From the NCBI RefSeq assembly GCF_004010195.1, contig NC_057740.1, forward strand, positions 6,995,671 through 7,046,424: a stretch of 50,754 bases of DNA. Direction: 5' to 3'. Below are positions 1 to 13,088 of this stretch, in pieces. Origin of the DNA: Chiloscyllium plagiosum (lineage: Eukaryota). Both the position numbers and the translations under genes were made by a program. Every line of letters begins with the position of its first letter. Position 1 is the stretch's first letter. The notes beneath the pieces are model-generated. The model did not search any database. It was not told where the DNA came from and saw only the letters and a program-made list of their open reading frames with translations.

Positions 1-25
1 TGCTCCAGGCTCACTGCCTTTATTC

Positions 26-53
26 CTGATGAAGGGCTTTTGCCCGAAACGTC
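26..53 (+). ncRNA. minimal hammerhead ribozyme motif (Penelope terminus, family A)
   Basis: CTGATGA-a-gggc(tttt)gccc-GAAAC-GTC; catalytic core intact. Confidence 0.75.
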
Positions 54-169
54 GATTTCGAAGCTCCTTGGATGCTGCCTGAACTGCTGTGCTCTTCCAG
101 CACCACTAATCCAGAATCTGGTTTCCAGAATCTGGTTTCCAGCATCTGCAGTCATTGTTTTTACCTCTA

Positions 170-1372
170 TGCCTTACCACCCACTTTACCTTCAACAACA
201 AAACCTACAGATAAACCAATGGAACACCCATGGGATCTCCGATAGCAGGGCTCTTAGCAGAGGCAGTAATGCAGGGACTCGAACAAACAGCTCTGCCAAC
301 CATCCAACCCAAACTTTGGGTCCACTACATGGATGACACCTTTGTCATCACTAAACAAAACAAATTAGAAGAAACCTTCAAGACCATCAATAATACCCTT
401 ACTGCATGAAATTCACTAAAGAGGAGGAAACCAACAACAAACTGCCATTCCTAGATGTTGCAGTAGAGCGAACAGTCAATGGGGAACTTCAAACCAGCGC
501 CTACATGAAAACAACACATACTGACCAAATACTGTATTACACCCTAACACCCACAAACGAAGCTGCATTAGAACATTATTTCAATGAGCCACCACACACT
601 GCAGCACAGAGGAACTAAGCAGAGCAGAGGAAAATCACCTATACAGTGTATTCAAAAAGAACGGGTACCCAATGAACAAGTCCACTGATTTCTCAGCAAT
701 AAACCCAAACAAGCAGATAAAATGCGTCCAGAAGCCTTAGCCACTCTCCCTTACATAAAGACATCTCAGAAATGACTGCTAGACCCCTCAGACCTCTTTG
801 GTAGCCCACATACCCACCAACACACTAAAACAGTAGCTAATGAACTTGAAAGACCCTACAGACAACAAGCAAAACTAATGTCATTTACAAAATACCGTAC
901 AAGAACTGTAACAAACACTACATTGGACAAACAGGCAGAAAACTAGTCACCAGGATACATGAACATCAACTAGCCACAAAAAGACATGAGCCACTTTCAC
1001 TAGCATCCTTACATACAGATGAGAAAGGACACCACTTCGATTGGAACAACACATCCATCTGAGGACAAGCCAAACAGAGACACGTGTGAGAATCCCTAGA
1101 AGCATGGAATTCCAACTGGAACTCTGTCAACAAACACATTGACTTGGATCCCATTTACCATCCCCTGAGAAAAAGAACAGGAAATGATGTCACCACTTGA
1201 AATGACATCACCACAGGAAATGACACCACCAACCCAAGGAAACCTAAACACATAAATAGAAAGTGGGCCATGCCACTAGTCCTTCATCTGGAGGCTCATT
1301 GATGATGTTCCTAGTATGATGATGAAACGTCTAAAAACGAACCTTGCAGCTCAGCGAGCAAACCTACATCCA
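170..1372 (+). mobile_element. Penelope-like retroelement, 5'-truncated and decayed (RT + GIY-YIG)
   Basis: Frameshifted remnants GTPMGSP, YMDDTF, LPFLDV and NVIYKIP..HYIGQTGR. The 3' terminus has a degenerate hammerhead at about 1299-1331. Confidence 0.88.
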
Positions 1373-1482
1373 GGTCATGCTGTGGGATTCTATGACTCTA
1401 TGACTCTACGATAACTATGGATGAAGCCATTTGAATTGCTTTCAGTCAAGTCTTCATTCCTCTTTGCGTCAGAATGAATCTA

Positions 1483-1683
1483 CAGGTATTCCCTGCTTTT
1501 CGAAAGTTCACTTTATGCCACTTTGCCTTTACAAAAGACCTACATTAGCACCTGTTTTCACTAACCAAAAGAAATCCAAAGAGGATTTTCGCTTTTTCAC
1601 CGATTGCTTCTTCACTTTATGCCATTTCGGCTTATGAAAGGTTCCTCAGGAATGTTCTACTTTTGGATAGCAGGAGAAACATG
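1483..1683. mobile_element. Tigger/pogo-like MITE
   Basis: Starts TA|CAGGTATTCCCTGCTTTTCGAAAGT and ends with an imperfect inverted copy (ACTTTTGGATAGCAGGAGAAACATG); about 200 bp, non-coding. Confidence 0.55.
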
Positions 1684-3500
1684 TTTATTTGAATCAATCG
1701 GTAGAATTCTCCCAGTCCTTGTATGACATGGGAGATCAGAAATGCAAGATCAGAAAAATGAGATTCTCAACTTTATGAAAAACAGTTCTAGTTTGTAACC
1801 AATTTTGAACAATGAGATGAGAATCCTGCCAATGAAAAACAAGAGGCCTGTTTCCATGATCAAACATCTCAATGTTGCTTATTCTCATGTTATTTATCTG
1901 CAGTTTGCTATTCTCCCAGCAGTGGGGAGAAACTAGGTGGCACCAATTCCCCACATGACCCTCAAAGGTGGCACCTGGAGGCTCCCACTCAACGCATGCT
2001 CCTCTGGACCACCATCTTGGCCAGTATTCCCAATATCTCAGCGTTCACTCCCTGGGTAATGACTAACGCGAATCCCGGGTCCATGGAGTTTGGCATCAGA
2101 CATGCATCAGCCTGACTACATCGTCATGGCACGTCTCTGACTCACTTACAACACACCTCTCCACTTCAGTGCTGCAGTATGGAGCACACTGACAGCTTTC
2201 ATTGTAATGCTGCTGCCAGTATACTTTGTACTCAGGGTCAGGCACCCACATTATGCATTGGATCAGGGTCCATCACAGAGCACTTTGCTCACTATGTAAC
2301 ACTTACTCACCTTACACTGCCTTCGATGCTCGCAGTATCTATGCTCTGCCTCGCCTTGGCTTTTGGCACTTTGCTGCCTCATTCAGAACTTACACACAGT
2401 ACACTCTGTGTTGCTTTGCCTTTTAGCACAGCCACGGGGCTAGGCGGCTTGTTGGGGTTGTCAGCAGTGACTGGTTAAAGAGGGAGGTGGACATGTTGCT
2501 GTATGTCACTGGTCAACATCTATCTCACACCTAACACAGCAAACACTGTGTGTTCTTCAGTTAATTGTCCACATCTCGAAGTTTAAGGGGAGTAGACCTC
2601 AATCAGGACAAGGGATTGTGTTGCCATTCAGGGAGTTTCACCACAGTCAGACAAGGGCACCGTCTGATCTCAGTCCGGGACCCAGGACACATATTCAATT
2701 GGTCGCTTAGGAGAGTCAGTTCTGCGGTTCTATATCACTACAGTCTGGGGAGAGGGCACAGTCTGTCCTGTAGATCCAATGCAACCAGTCAGGGCACTAT
2801 CTGTGTGCCGATCGGGCAGCTGCACACAGAACAGTCAAGGGTCTGGTCTCTTATGAGTCAAGGCTGTTGTTCCAGCTTGGGCAGGGGGCACGGGCCACGG
2901 TCAGTCCTGGTGGGTGTCTCTTCAATGAAAGTCAAGGTGATTTACCAGGGCCCAGTGCTGTGATTGGGAGTGAATTGTTGGGGATTCCAGAGGGTATTGT
3001 CATTCTGACAGTGGGGAGCACAAAATATAAGAATGGGAGATTACAGCACATTGGAAGACATGGGCTATTCTGGGATGGGGAGGAAACGGTGTCGGACAGG
3101 GACAGCAAGACAAAATGAACATGTAGGATGACCAAGGACAATTCCATCAAACAGGTTCTTGCACAGTACAGGCTGAAGACAGCTATAAGCACAGAGTCCC
3201 GGTGTGAAACACAAGCAGTCACCACTGTGTGGGATACAAATGCTTGCCGCAAGTAATCTTGAGCATGTCATTGTGAGTATAAACTGATCACAGTCATCCC
3301 TGTGAAGCAGCCACTGGAGCTTGTTATTTATTCATTCGTGGGATGAGGGCACCATTGCCTAAGCTGGCATTGATTGCACACCCCTATTTTATAATTTAGT
3401 TGACTACAAACTTTGGAGCCCTCATACCTATCTTTGTGTAACAAGTTCCTTTCCCTCCCCAGATATAACTGTGAGGCACCATCCAAAGTCTTGGCTAGCT

Positions 3501-5080
3501 CTGGATGTAGGTTTGCTCGCTGATTGGAAGGTTCATTTTCAGATGTTTCGTCACCATACTAGGTAATATCTTCAGAGCACCTCCGGACGAAACACTGCTG
3601 ATGTTTCCTCCTTCCTATTTGCATGTTTGGGTTTCTTTGGGTTATTGATGTCATTTACTGTGGTGATGTCATTTCCTATTGTGATGTCATTTCCTGTTCT
3701 TTTTCACGGGGTGTGGTAAATGAGGACCAAGTCAATGTGTTTGTTGATGGAGTTCCAGTTAGAATGCCATGCTTCTAGGAATTCTTGTGCATGTTTCAGT
3801 TTGGCTTATCGTAGGATAGATGTGTTGTCCCAGTCGAAGTAGTGTCCTTCCTTATCTGTACATAAGGATACTAGTGAGAAAGGTTCATGTTGTTTTGTGG
3901 CTAGTTGACGTTCATGTATCTTGGTGGCTAGTTTTCTGTCTATTTGTCCAATGTCGTGTTTGTTACAGTCTTGCACGGTATTTTGTAAATGTCATTAGTT
4001 TTGCTTGTTGACTGTATAGGGTCTTCCAAGTTCATTAGCTGCTTTTTTAGTGTATTGGTGGGTTTGTGGGCTACCATGATGCCAAGGGGTCTGAGTAGTC
4101 TGGCAGTCATTTCCGACATGTCTTTGATGTAGGGGAGAGTGCCTAGGGTTTCTGGACGTGTTTTGTCTTCTTGTCTGGGTTTGTTGCTGAGAAATCAGCG
4201 GACTGTGTTCATTGGGTACCCATTCTTTTTGAATACACTGTATAGGTGATTTTCCTCTGCTCTTTGTAGTCCCTCTGTGCTGCAGTGTATGGTGGCTCGT
4301 TGAAATAATATTCTGATGCAGCTTTGTTTGTGGATGTTGGGATGATTGCTTCTGTAGTTCAATACTTGGTCTGATTTCTCAGCAACAAACCCAAACAAGC
4401 AGACAAATGCATCCAGAGACCCTAGCCACTCTCCCCTACATCAAAGACATCTCGGAAATGACTGCCAGACTACTCAGACACTTTGGCATCATGGTAGCCC
4501 ACAAACCCACCAACACACTAAAACAGCAGCTAATAAACTTGAAAGACCAGATACAGACAACAAGCAAAACTAATGTAATTTACAAAATACCTTGCAAGAA
4601 CTGTAACAAACATTACATTGGACAAACAGGCAGAAAACTAGCCACCAGGATACATGAACATCAACTAGCCACAAAACGACATGACCCTCTCTCACTTACA
4701 TACAGATAAGGAAGGACAGCACTTCGACTAGAACAACACATCCATCCTAGGACAAGCCAAACAGAGACACACACAAGAATTCCTAGAAGCATGGCATTCC
4801 CACCGGAACTCCATCAGCAAACACATTAACTTGGACCGCATTTACCACCCCCTGAGAAAAAGAACAGGAAATGACATCACCATAGCAAATGACATCACCA
4901 ACCCAAAGAAACCCAAACATATAAATAGAAAACAGGAAACATCAGCAGTGCTTCGTCCGGAGGCTCACTAAAGATGTTACCTAGTATGGTGATGAAACAT
5001 CTGAAAATGAACCTTCCAGCTTAGCGAGCAAATCTACATCCAGAACATCAAAGTGATCTACATATCTTCTCAAAACCTGC
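3501..5080. mobile_element. Penelope-like element with inverted arms (minus arm about 3501-4372, plus arm about 4373-5080)
   Basis: Same family as 170-1372. GIY-YIG ORF at 4407-4709 (NVIYKIPCKNCNKHYIGQTGRKLATRIHEH). The arms are reverse complements. Flanks ttggctagct/ttggccagct look like a target-site duplication (TSD). Confidence 0.9.
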
Positions 5081-5729
5081 TTTTGGCCAGCTGTTTGGAT
5101 CCATCAGGCTCTGAATGGCAATCCACATCTAAAGGTAACATGATGAAATAGTAAGCACATAGAAGCCAGCTCTCTTCCAAGATATTAGTAATGCTTTGAT
5201 TCAAAGGAAAACTTATCCGCTCTTGGAGTTGGACTCATAGGGAAAGGATTCCTTTCCTACAGTGCATTGTGTTTTGGTTTGGGGATTTATTTGCCTTTGG
5301 CTGCAAGATGGTTTATATTAACTCCCGGGGACCAAATTTGCCATCATCTGTATGTGTGATTTATAGAATGTACGCACAGTCTAAGTATTAATGACTAATC
5401 AGGAAAACTCAGGAGCTTTCTTTGAAGGACAGCTCAACTCTGTACATGTTCATTACTCACCAGCAACTTAATGTTTTATTTTTCTGAGAATATACTGCAT
5501 TATGGAAAGATGAAGAGTCAATCAAGAGAGGGGGAACCTTGAAATACTTCATTTTGAATTTCAGGAAACTGGTTAAAAAAATGACATTGTGACCTTACAC
5601 TCTATGCTGAGTTCAACTGATGTGTAAATATTTCTGTTTTTAAACAAAAAAAAAGGTTTCAATCAAATCATGAGAAGATTATTCAACAGATCGAGGAATG
5701 TGATATATTCCATGGTGTTCCCAGTTTTA

Positions 5730-7900
5730 GAATCATAGAATCCTACAGTGCAGAATAGACCCTTCAACCTTTCAAGTCTGTATTGCCAAAAATGAAGTAC
5801 TCCCTACATTTGTTCGATTTTCCCACACTAGGCCAGAGCCTTAAACTTATGACACTGTAAGTACTCATCCAAGTACTTTTTAAAGGTTAGGAAGTTTCCC
5901 ACATCAACTACCCTCCCAAAAAGAGCATTCCAGACAGACTCCCACCAACTTCTGGTTGGAAATTGTTTTTTTCTCAAATCCCCTCTCAACCTCCTACCTT
6001 TCATTCTAAAATTATTCCCCCTTGTTATTGTTGCTTCAACTAAGGAGAACAGCTGCTTTCTATTCATCTTATCCCTCCCTTCAATATCTTAGAAATTTCG
6101 TTCAGGTTCCCCCTTAACCTTCTCTGCTCCAAAGAAAACAATCCAAGCATATCCAGCCTCTCTTCATTATAAAAATGCTCCATCCCAGATAATATCCTGG
6201 TGTATTTTCTCCACACTCTCTTCAGTGCAATTACATCCATCCTGCAGTGTATTGACCAGAACTGCACACAGTACTCCAGCTGTGGCCCAACCAAAGCTCT
6301 GTACAGCTGCAATACGAACTTTCTGCCTTTATAATCAATACCATGACTGATAAAGATAAACCCAAACGCCTTCTGAACCCCCTTGTTAACCTGTTCTGCC
6401 ACCTTCAGGGATCTGGGGACAAGCACCCCATGATCTGTCTGCCCATTCTGGTGTCTTGTCACTTACTGAGTTGTCCCTTGTCTTGTTCCTCCTTCCAAAG
6501 TGCATCACCTCACATTTATCAGAGTTAAATTCCATCTACCATTGATCTGCCCATCTGACCAATCTACTTACATGCTCCTGTATCCTAACGCCTTCCCTCT
6601 CACTGTCGACCACCAGGCCAATCTTTATGTAATGTGCAAAATTATTTATCATTTCTCCCAGTCTTATCTACAAACAATAAGGGACCCAGCCCAAATTCCA
6701 GCAGTACGCCACTGCACATCAGGCTCCAATCACACACCACCACTCTCTGCCTCCCATCACTAAGCCAATTTCAGATCCATCTTGCCAGGTTACCTTCATT
6801 GCCAGTTTCCCATATGGGACGATGTCTAAGGCTTGCTGAAATCCATATCAACTACATCAACTACCCTACCTCCATCCAAACACCATAGAGTCATAATGTA
6901 CAGCATGGAGACAGACCCTTCGGGCCAACTCGTCCATGCCGACCAGATATCCTAACCCAATCTAGTCCCAAATGTTGCAATTGTACCAGCCTCCACCACT
7001 TCCTCTGGCAGCTCATTCCATACATGTACCACCCTCTGTGTGAAAAGGTTGCCCCTTAGGTCTCTTTTATATCTTTTTCCTCACCTTGAAAACTTCCACC
7101 AATTTTGTTCTGCAGGACTTGTCTCTGACAAAGCCATTCTGACTATCCCTGATCAAACCTTGCCTCTCTAAATGGAGATTAATTTTCTCCTTAACTATTT
7201 TCTCTAATAGTTTCTCAACCACCGATGGTCTATTGTTCCCTGGTCTATACCTCGCACTCTTCTTGCAAAGCAGAACCACGTTAGCTGTCTGGCAGTCCTC
7301 TGGCGCCTCCCTGTGGCCAGAGATGATTTGAACATTTGGGTCAGAGTCCCTGTAATTTCCTCCCTCATCTCCTGCAGCAGTCTGCGTGCAACAGTAAGAC
7401 AATGGCTTAGTTGTGTTATGAATAGACTATCAATCAAAAAGACCCCAGCAATGATCTGGGGACCTGCACTCGAATGCTGCCTTAAGTATTTCAAATATCT
7501 GCCCCTTCCATACTCTGATTATCTTCATTAATATCGGGGTCATTGTAATTTCCAAATATAACTGCCCTATTATTTTTACGCACTTTAGTAAATTGATTGA
7601 CAGATATCTACTCTTATAATAATCCTAACAGCGTGACTGCTCCCTTTTTATCCCTAAATTCTACCCATAATACCTCATTCACTGACCCTTCCAAGATATC
7701 ATCTCTCCTCACTGCAGTATCCCTAATAATGCAACACCACCTCCAACATTACATCCTTCCCTACCTGAAAATCCTATACTCTGGAATGGTAAGTTTTCCC
7801 TCCCTCAACCATTTCTCTGTATTAGCAACAACATCACAGTCCATGTGTCAATCCATTCACTTAACTCATCTGTCTTAACTCTCATACTCCGAGCATTACA
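5730..7900 (-). mobile_element. nested, decayed CR1-type LINE fragments
   Basis: ORF pieces LYRALVGPQLEYCVQFWS, LGLFSLEQRRLRG, ANVVLLCKK and SQNGFVRDKSC, typical of CR1 ORF2. Confidence 0.85.
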
Positions 7901-9017
7901 GTAGAGGCTATCCAGCCTCACCTTACTCCCTTAAGACATCACATGACTAAATTTGTTCAGCTTTGGTCCTTTTTCTTAACCAAATCAAACATACTAGGTC
8001 CCAAACACTTCATCCAAAAAAGGTTAATTTATAAAAGAAATTACTGAGAGTCTATTCTGAAATCAGACAGAATAAAAAATGTTGGAAGAAGATTAAATTG
8101 GGACATGTCACAGGTCATCAGATACTTCCTCCATGTCACTATAGAGTTGGAAGATCTGACAGCCCAGGTGACAGAACAGGATCTATTGTAACTGTAACTG
8201 ATGAAATGAACCATTGCATCTAATCATATTCCCTTTCAGTTCACGTTAGTTCTTAATTTTAATAATGACCTTTACCAAATTTTAGAAAAGCTGAGGCAGA
8301 TTTACGAATTGGACACTCCTGTCCTAACCATTGTTGCACTTATTGAAAACCTAATCCAACTTTCCATTTATCAGAGACAAATTCTAAATCCCTTCTCGTC
8401 ACTAATTCGCCAATGCTTTACACAACTGATTTGGGAACTTTCTCGGTTTTCACCATGCAGAACAAGGGACATGAACTGGAGTGTTCTGACGAAAGAGTGT
8501 TGCTGAGCTCTATTTTCCTCCGGGAAATTAAGCTAGAATTTAAAAATCCTTCAACATGTCTGAACAATTCTGATTTTTACAGACTCGTTAGTTCATTTTC
8601 TCCTTTACAGGTTGGTACCACTCCGACCAAAATTCAAAATGAAATATTGTCTAATAGTTTTCAAATTCTGTATTTATACAAACCACTGTGTTTTTTTTAT
8701 CAATCCGATTCCTTAAAGGACCAAAGCAATTCAATTCCTGACAAATTAATTTTTAATGAAGTCATGTTGTCTTTCTAATAAACTCATTCATGCAATAATT
8801 CACAATGCTTTGTATACAGACACTAAATCGTTATTGTTCATGTATTCTGAAGTAGGTATTGCAATCTCTTTTTACCAGTCATTTGGTCAGGGATTGTATC
8901 CTGAACACCAGTACAGACATTGGCCCAACTTCATATCTAGATGCATTTAACCACTCAACATTTCAAAGTATGGAAACAGGATGAGAACTGGGCAAAGATG
9001 ATGGGGTCTCCTCACAT

Positions 9018-9045
9018 CTGAAGAAGGGCTCATGCCCGAAACGTC
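9018..9045 (+). ncRNA. minimal hammerhead ribozyme motif (family A) in a 91-bp insertion
   Basis: CTGAAGA-a-gggc(tcat)gccc-GAAAC-GTC. Insertion 9017-9107 is flanked by the direct repeat tctcctcaca (9007-9016, 9108-9117). Confidence 0.72.
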
Positions 9046-9208
9046 GATTTTCCTGCTCTTTGGTTGCTGCCTGACCTGCTGCGCTTTTCCAGCAACACAT
9101 TTTCAGCTCTCCTCACAGCGAGACTGCTCAGTGATGTCAGGGATCAGGGTGTGTAAATAAGGTACACAACACATGTGTACATGTGGAACTATTTCTGTAC
9201 TGATTCAC

Positions 9209-9214
9209 TTTATT
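9209..9214 (-). terminator. possible polyadenylation signal of the IgL C exon
   Basis: First AATAAA I see on the minus strand after the C-exon stop, about 500 nt downstream. Confidence 0.4.
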
Positions 9215-9314
9215 GGAAAGTACATAGTGACTGGACATTGTTGACTGTTCCACGTGAAAAAGCTACCTTCAGGAAATCCAGCATTGGGTTTTCAGTCAAG
9301 TACCTACTTGAACT

Positions 9315-9448
9315 AGGTAAAAACAATGACTGCAGATGCTGGAAACCCGATTCTGGATCAGTGGTGCTGGAAGAGCACAGCAATTCAGGCAGCATCTGAG
9401 GAGCAGTAAAATCGACGTTTTGGGCAAAGGCCCTTCATCAGGAATAAA
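9315..9448 (-). mobile_element. short Penelope-terminus insertion in the putative IgL C 3' UTR
   Basis: Family A terminus with mutated hammerhead (GAAA>AAAA). Direct repeat acctacttgaact at 9302-9314 and 9449-9461. Confidence 0.8.
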
Positions 9449-9711
9449 ACCTACTTGAACTGAAATTCCTGGCTGGAGCTGTTATTGGTCACTTTAAGCC
9501 TCCTGCAGCCTCTTCAAACAGGAGAAACTGAACAAAACCTTCTTCAGGTACAAACACTTTAAACATAACACAGCAGAATCACACAGAGCAAAACAGGAAC
9601 ACAAATGCAGCAGATTCCAGAGGAAGAGGCTGGGTAATGGTGATGGGGTGGAAGATAAGTGTCATTTTCTGCCTAAATTAGACAGTAAACACAGATGAAA
9701 CTTCCAAATAT

Positions 9712-10034
9712 TTAACAGCCGGATTGAGAGACTGTTGCGGTTGTTTCTGAAGCTGCTCCTTGTTGCACTGTGCAGGAGTACACCTTCCCACTGCTCCAAT
9801 CACGGCCAGGGACGGTCAGGTAGCTGCTGAGACTGAAGCTGTTGTCCGGGTCACGGGACGCCACGCTGGTTTGGACCTCACTGCTCGTCGGACTCCCATC
9901 CACTGTCCAGCTGACCGCAGCAAAGCCCATGGACAGTTTGCTGACCAGACAAACTAATGTGCCTGCCCCTTTACTGGACATCTCCTCATCTGAAGGCCCA
10001 AGCAGTTTTACTGAAGGGACAGGGAGTTGCTGAG
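9712..10034 (-). CDS. Immunoglobulin light chain constant-region exon, probably sigma isotype
   Basis: Acceptor tattctcttgcag|, phase 1, open frame xQQLPVPSVKLLGPSDEEMSSKGAGTLVCLVSKLSMGFAAVSWTVDG...DNSFSLSSYLTVPGRDWSSGKVYSCTVQQG...SQSGC*. C1-set Cys/Trp/YxC motifs and the terminal interchain Cys are present. LSMGFAAVSW resembles recalled sigma/teleost L2 C domains; the isotype is an inference. Confidence 0.92.
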
Positions 10035-10154
10035 CTGCAAGAGAATAGACAATGTTTGGATAAAGTTAGGCAACATTGTTTCAGCTTAACAGCAGGTTGA
10101 AGGTGTTAGCTTTCTATAGTTACCTTGGAATTGCATTAAGTGAGAGACAATATT

Positions 10155-11482
10155 AAGAGTGTGTTGCTGGAAAAGCATAGCAGGTCGGGCAGCATCCAAG
10201 GAGCAGAAGAATCGACATTTCGGGCACGAGCCCTTCAACAGGAATGAGGTTTGTGAACCAAGGGGGTGGAGATTAAATGGGAGGGAGGTGGGGGTAGGAA
10301 GCTGAGAGTGCGAAGGGTAGATGGAAGTAGGGATAATGGTAGGAGGGTGGAGTGGATAGGTGGGAAGGAAGATGGACAGGTAGGACAGGTCATGAGGGCA
10401 GTGCCGAGGTGGAAGGTTGGGAATGGGATACGGTGAGGGTTGGGGAAATGAGGAAACTGGTGATGCCATGGGTTGAAGGGTCCCAAGGCGGAAGATGAGA
10501 TGTCGGGTGGTTAGGGTGTGGCGATGGAGGAGGCCCAGGACCTGCATGTCCTTGACGGAGTGGGAGGGGGAGTTGAAGTGTTCGGCCACGAGGTGGTGGG
10601 ATTGGTTGGTGCGGGTGTCCCGAAGATGTTCTCTGAAGCACTCTACAACGAGGCGTCCTGTCTCCCCAATGTAGAGGAGACCACATCGGGAGCAACAGAT
10701 CTCTTGTCAGATGCCCCCCACCAACCCACCCTCCCATCCCAGCACCTTCCCCTGCCACTGCAGGCATTGCAAACTTGCACCCACACCTCACCCCTCATTT
10801 CCATCCAAGGCCCCAAAGGAACCTTCCACATCCAGAGTTTATCTGCACTTCCACACGTCATTTACTGCATCCGTTGCTCCCGAAGCAGTCTCCTCTACAT
10901 TGGGGAGACAAGACACCTACTCGTTTCAGACAACATCTCTGGGACACCCGCACCAACCAACCACACCATCCCATGGCCGAACACTTCAACTCCCCCTCCC
11001 ACTCTGCCAAGGACATGCAAGTTCTGGGCCTCCTCCATCACCACACCCTAACTACCTGACATCTGGAGGAAGAATGCTTCATCTTCCATATTGGGACCCT
11101 CCAACCACACATCATCAATGTGGAGTTTCCTCATTTCCCCTCCCCTCACATCCCAATTCCAACCTTCCAACTCAGCACCGCCCTCATGGCTGTCCTACCT
11201 GTCCATCTTCTTTCCCACCTATCCGCTCCACTCTCCTCCTTGACCTATTACCTTTACCCCCACTTCCATCTACCCTTCGCACTCTCAGCTCCCTTCCCCC
11301 TGGCCCCACACCCCTCCCATTTATCTCTCCACCCCCTTGGATCACAAGCCTCATTCCTGATGAAGGGCTGTTGCCCGAAACGTCAATTTTCCTGCTCCTC
11401 AGATGCTGCCTGACCTGCTGTGCTTTTCCAGCACCACCCTCGTGACGCTGATCTTTAGCATCTGCAGTCCTCACTCTTTCCT
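10155..11482. mobile_element. Penelope-like element (family A), inverted arms, just 5' of the IgL C exon
   Basis: GIY-YIG remnant VIYCIRCSRSSLLYIGET and AEHFNSPSH on both strands. The inversion point is at about 10700. Hammerhead motifs lie at both outer ends. Confidence 0.9.
11357..11384 (+). ncRNA. minimal hammerhead ribozyme motif (family A)
   Basis: CTGATGA-a-gggc(tgtt)gccc-GAAAC-GTC. Confidence 0.72.
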
Positions 11483-13088
11483 GAAAGACAGCATTGTCTG
11501 TTTAAAGTTGCCAAGAGTTTGACACCAGGGAGTATTAATTTCAATAATGTCTTCTTTGTGTGGTCCTGCTATGATTCTGTGCATTAGAGTGTCCTTCACT
11601 CCCAGGTTGTTTGCTGGTCTGTGTTGTATCAGTTAGTTTCAAGTGAGCTCACCAGGAACAGTGCCCTGGACCTCAGCATCCTTGATTGAAGAGTGAGAGT
11701 CCACACCTCAATCTTCAGTAAGACCCAGTGATCACTGCCTCTCTACCACCCCAAGAGGTGAGCAGATCATTTTGTTTGCTCCAAATCAAGTGTTGATCCT
11801 TTTTTGTTGAGGAATAATTTCTATATTTGAATCAATGGTGTTTTCTCCTACATCAGTCATTCTCTTTCTGATTTTTCTCTCCACCAACCACAGCATTGAT
11901 AGCTTCCATATTCCTCAGTGACAAATACTACATGATGGAGGCAGGATGAATTCTCAATGGTCAACTTCTTCTGACAGACAAAGGAAAGATAATCACGCTA
12001 CTGGTATTATTCTGTAGGAGAAGGAATAATGGGAGAAGGAAATCTGCATGACAATTTTGGAGGTGTGAAAGAATTATAAAGTGATTTTGGGAAAATTTAA
12101 GTGCCCAAATATCATCTGGGCTTAAGTTAAAGGTGGTGACTTTCTGAAATAACACAAATAGTTTCCTTAATGATTTAAGTCCTGATCCAACAAGGAAGGA
12201 GAATAGATGGGTCAACTGCTAAAAGATGAGGCAGAAAAAATGGACTCCCGAGTGTCAGAGCAGGAGCACTTCTGTAAGTGTATCATAAGGTTTAGATTAG
12301 CCATGTAGAAGAATGGGGAACAATCTAGAATCGAAATTCTAAATTGGAAGAGGGCTAATTGTAATGGATTGAGGGGGCATCTAACCAGGATAAAATGGAA
12401 CCAAAGATTGAAAAGTAAAAACTGTAACGGAACACTGAATGATCTTTAAGGAAGAGATCTTTCAGGCACAGGCCAGGCACATTCCAACAAGGGAGAAAGA
12501 TAGGGGAATCAAAGTCAGGGCTCCATGAATGATGAGGAATACACAATGAAACAAAGAATTGGGTTTATTATCCAAATCAAATGAAATGCTAAAGTGAGTA
12601 TCAGCCCAAATCCAGTACATTGAAAGAGGAAGTGAAGAAGAAATTGAGAGTGCCAAAAAGATTAAGACAATAGAAAAGCATACCCGTATATCTTCTGCCA
12701 GCATGTAATCATAATCAAATAGTACAAGATGAAGTGGGCCATATCAGGAAGAAGACTTAGAAGTACACTTAGAGGAACTGGGGATGGCTAGAGTACTTAA
12801 TATATACTTCATATTAGTTTTACATTGGACATAAATCAGGAGCAGAGTAGGGCATTCATCTCTTCAAACCTGCTCAACCATTCAACGAGAACTGTTTGTG
12901 TTCTGATTTGCACATTCATATCTGTCATGAAAATCATTGATACTCCTGCCGAACAAAAGTCTATCTTGGCCTTAAACAATTCAATGACCCCACCTCCACT
13001 GGCTTCTGGGGGAAAGGGTTCCAAAGTTGTGCAAACATCTGAGAGACAAATTCCCCTCATCTCTACGCTAAAAAGACAATCCATAGTG

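Noticed and set aside
8663-8690. Perfect heptamer CACAGTG + 12-nt spacer + ACAGAATTT on the minus strand, 1 kb downstream of the C exon (deleting-element-like?)
   Set aside because: The nonamer matches only 5/9, the coding flank is an A-run, and no V-like ORF adjoins it. Likely chance.
11630-11700. Leader-like MLRSRALFLVSSL with a gtgagc donor, and an FNQG J-like word, upstream of the C exon
   Set aside because: The ATG frame gives a phase-0 donor that is out of frame with C. FNQG is followed by a stop. No octamer or RSS nearby.
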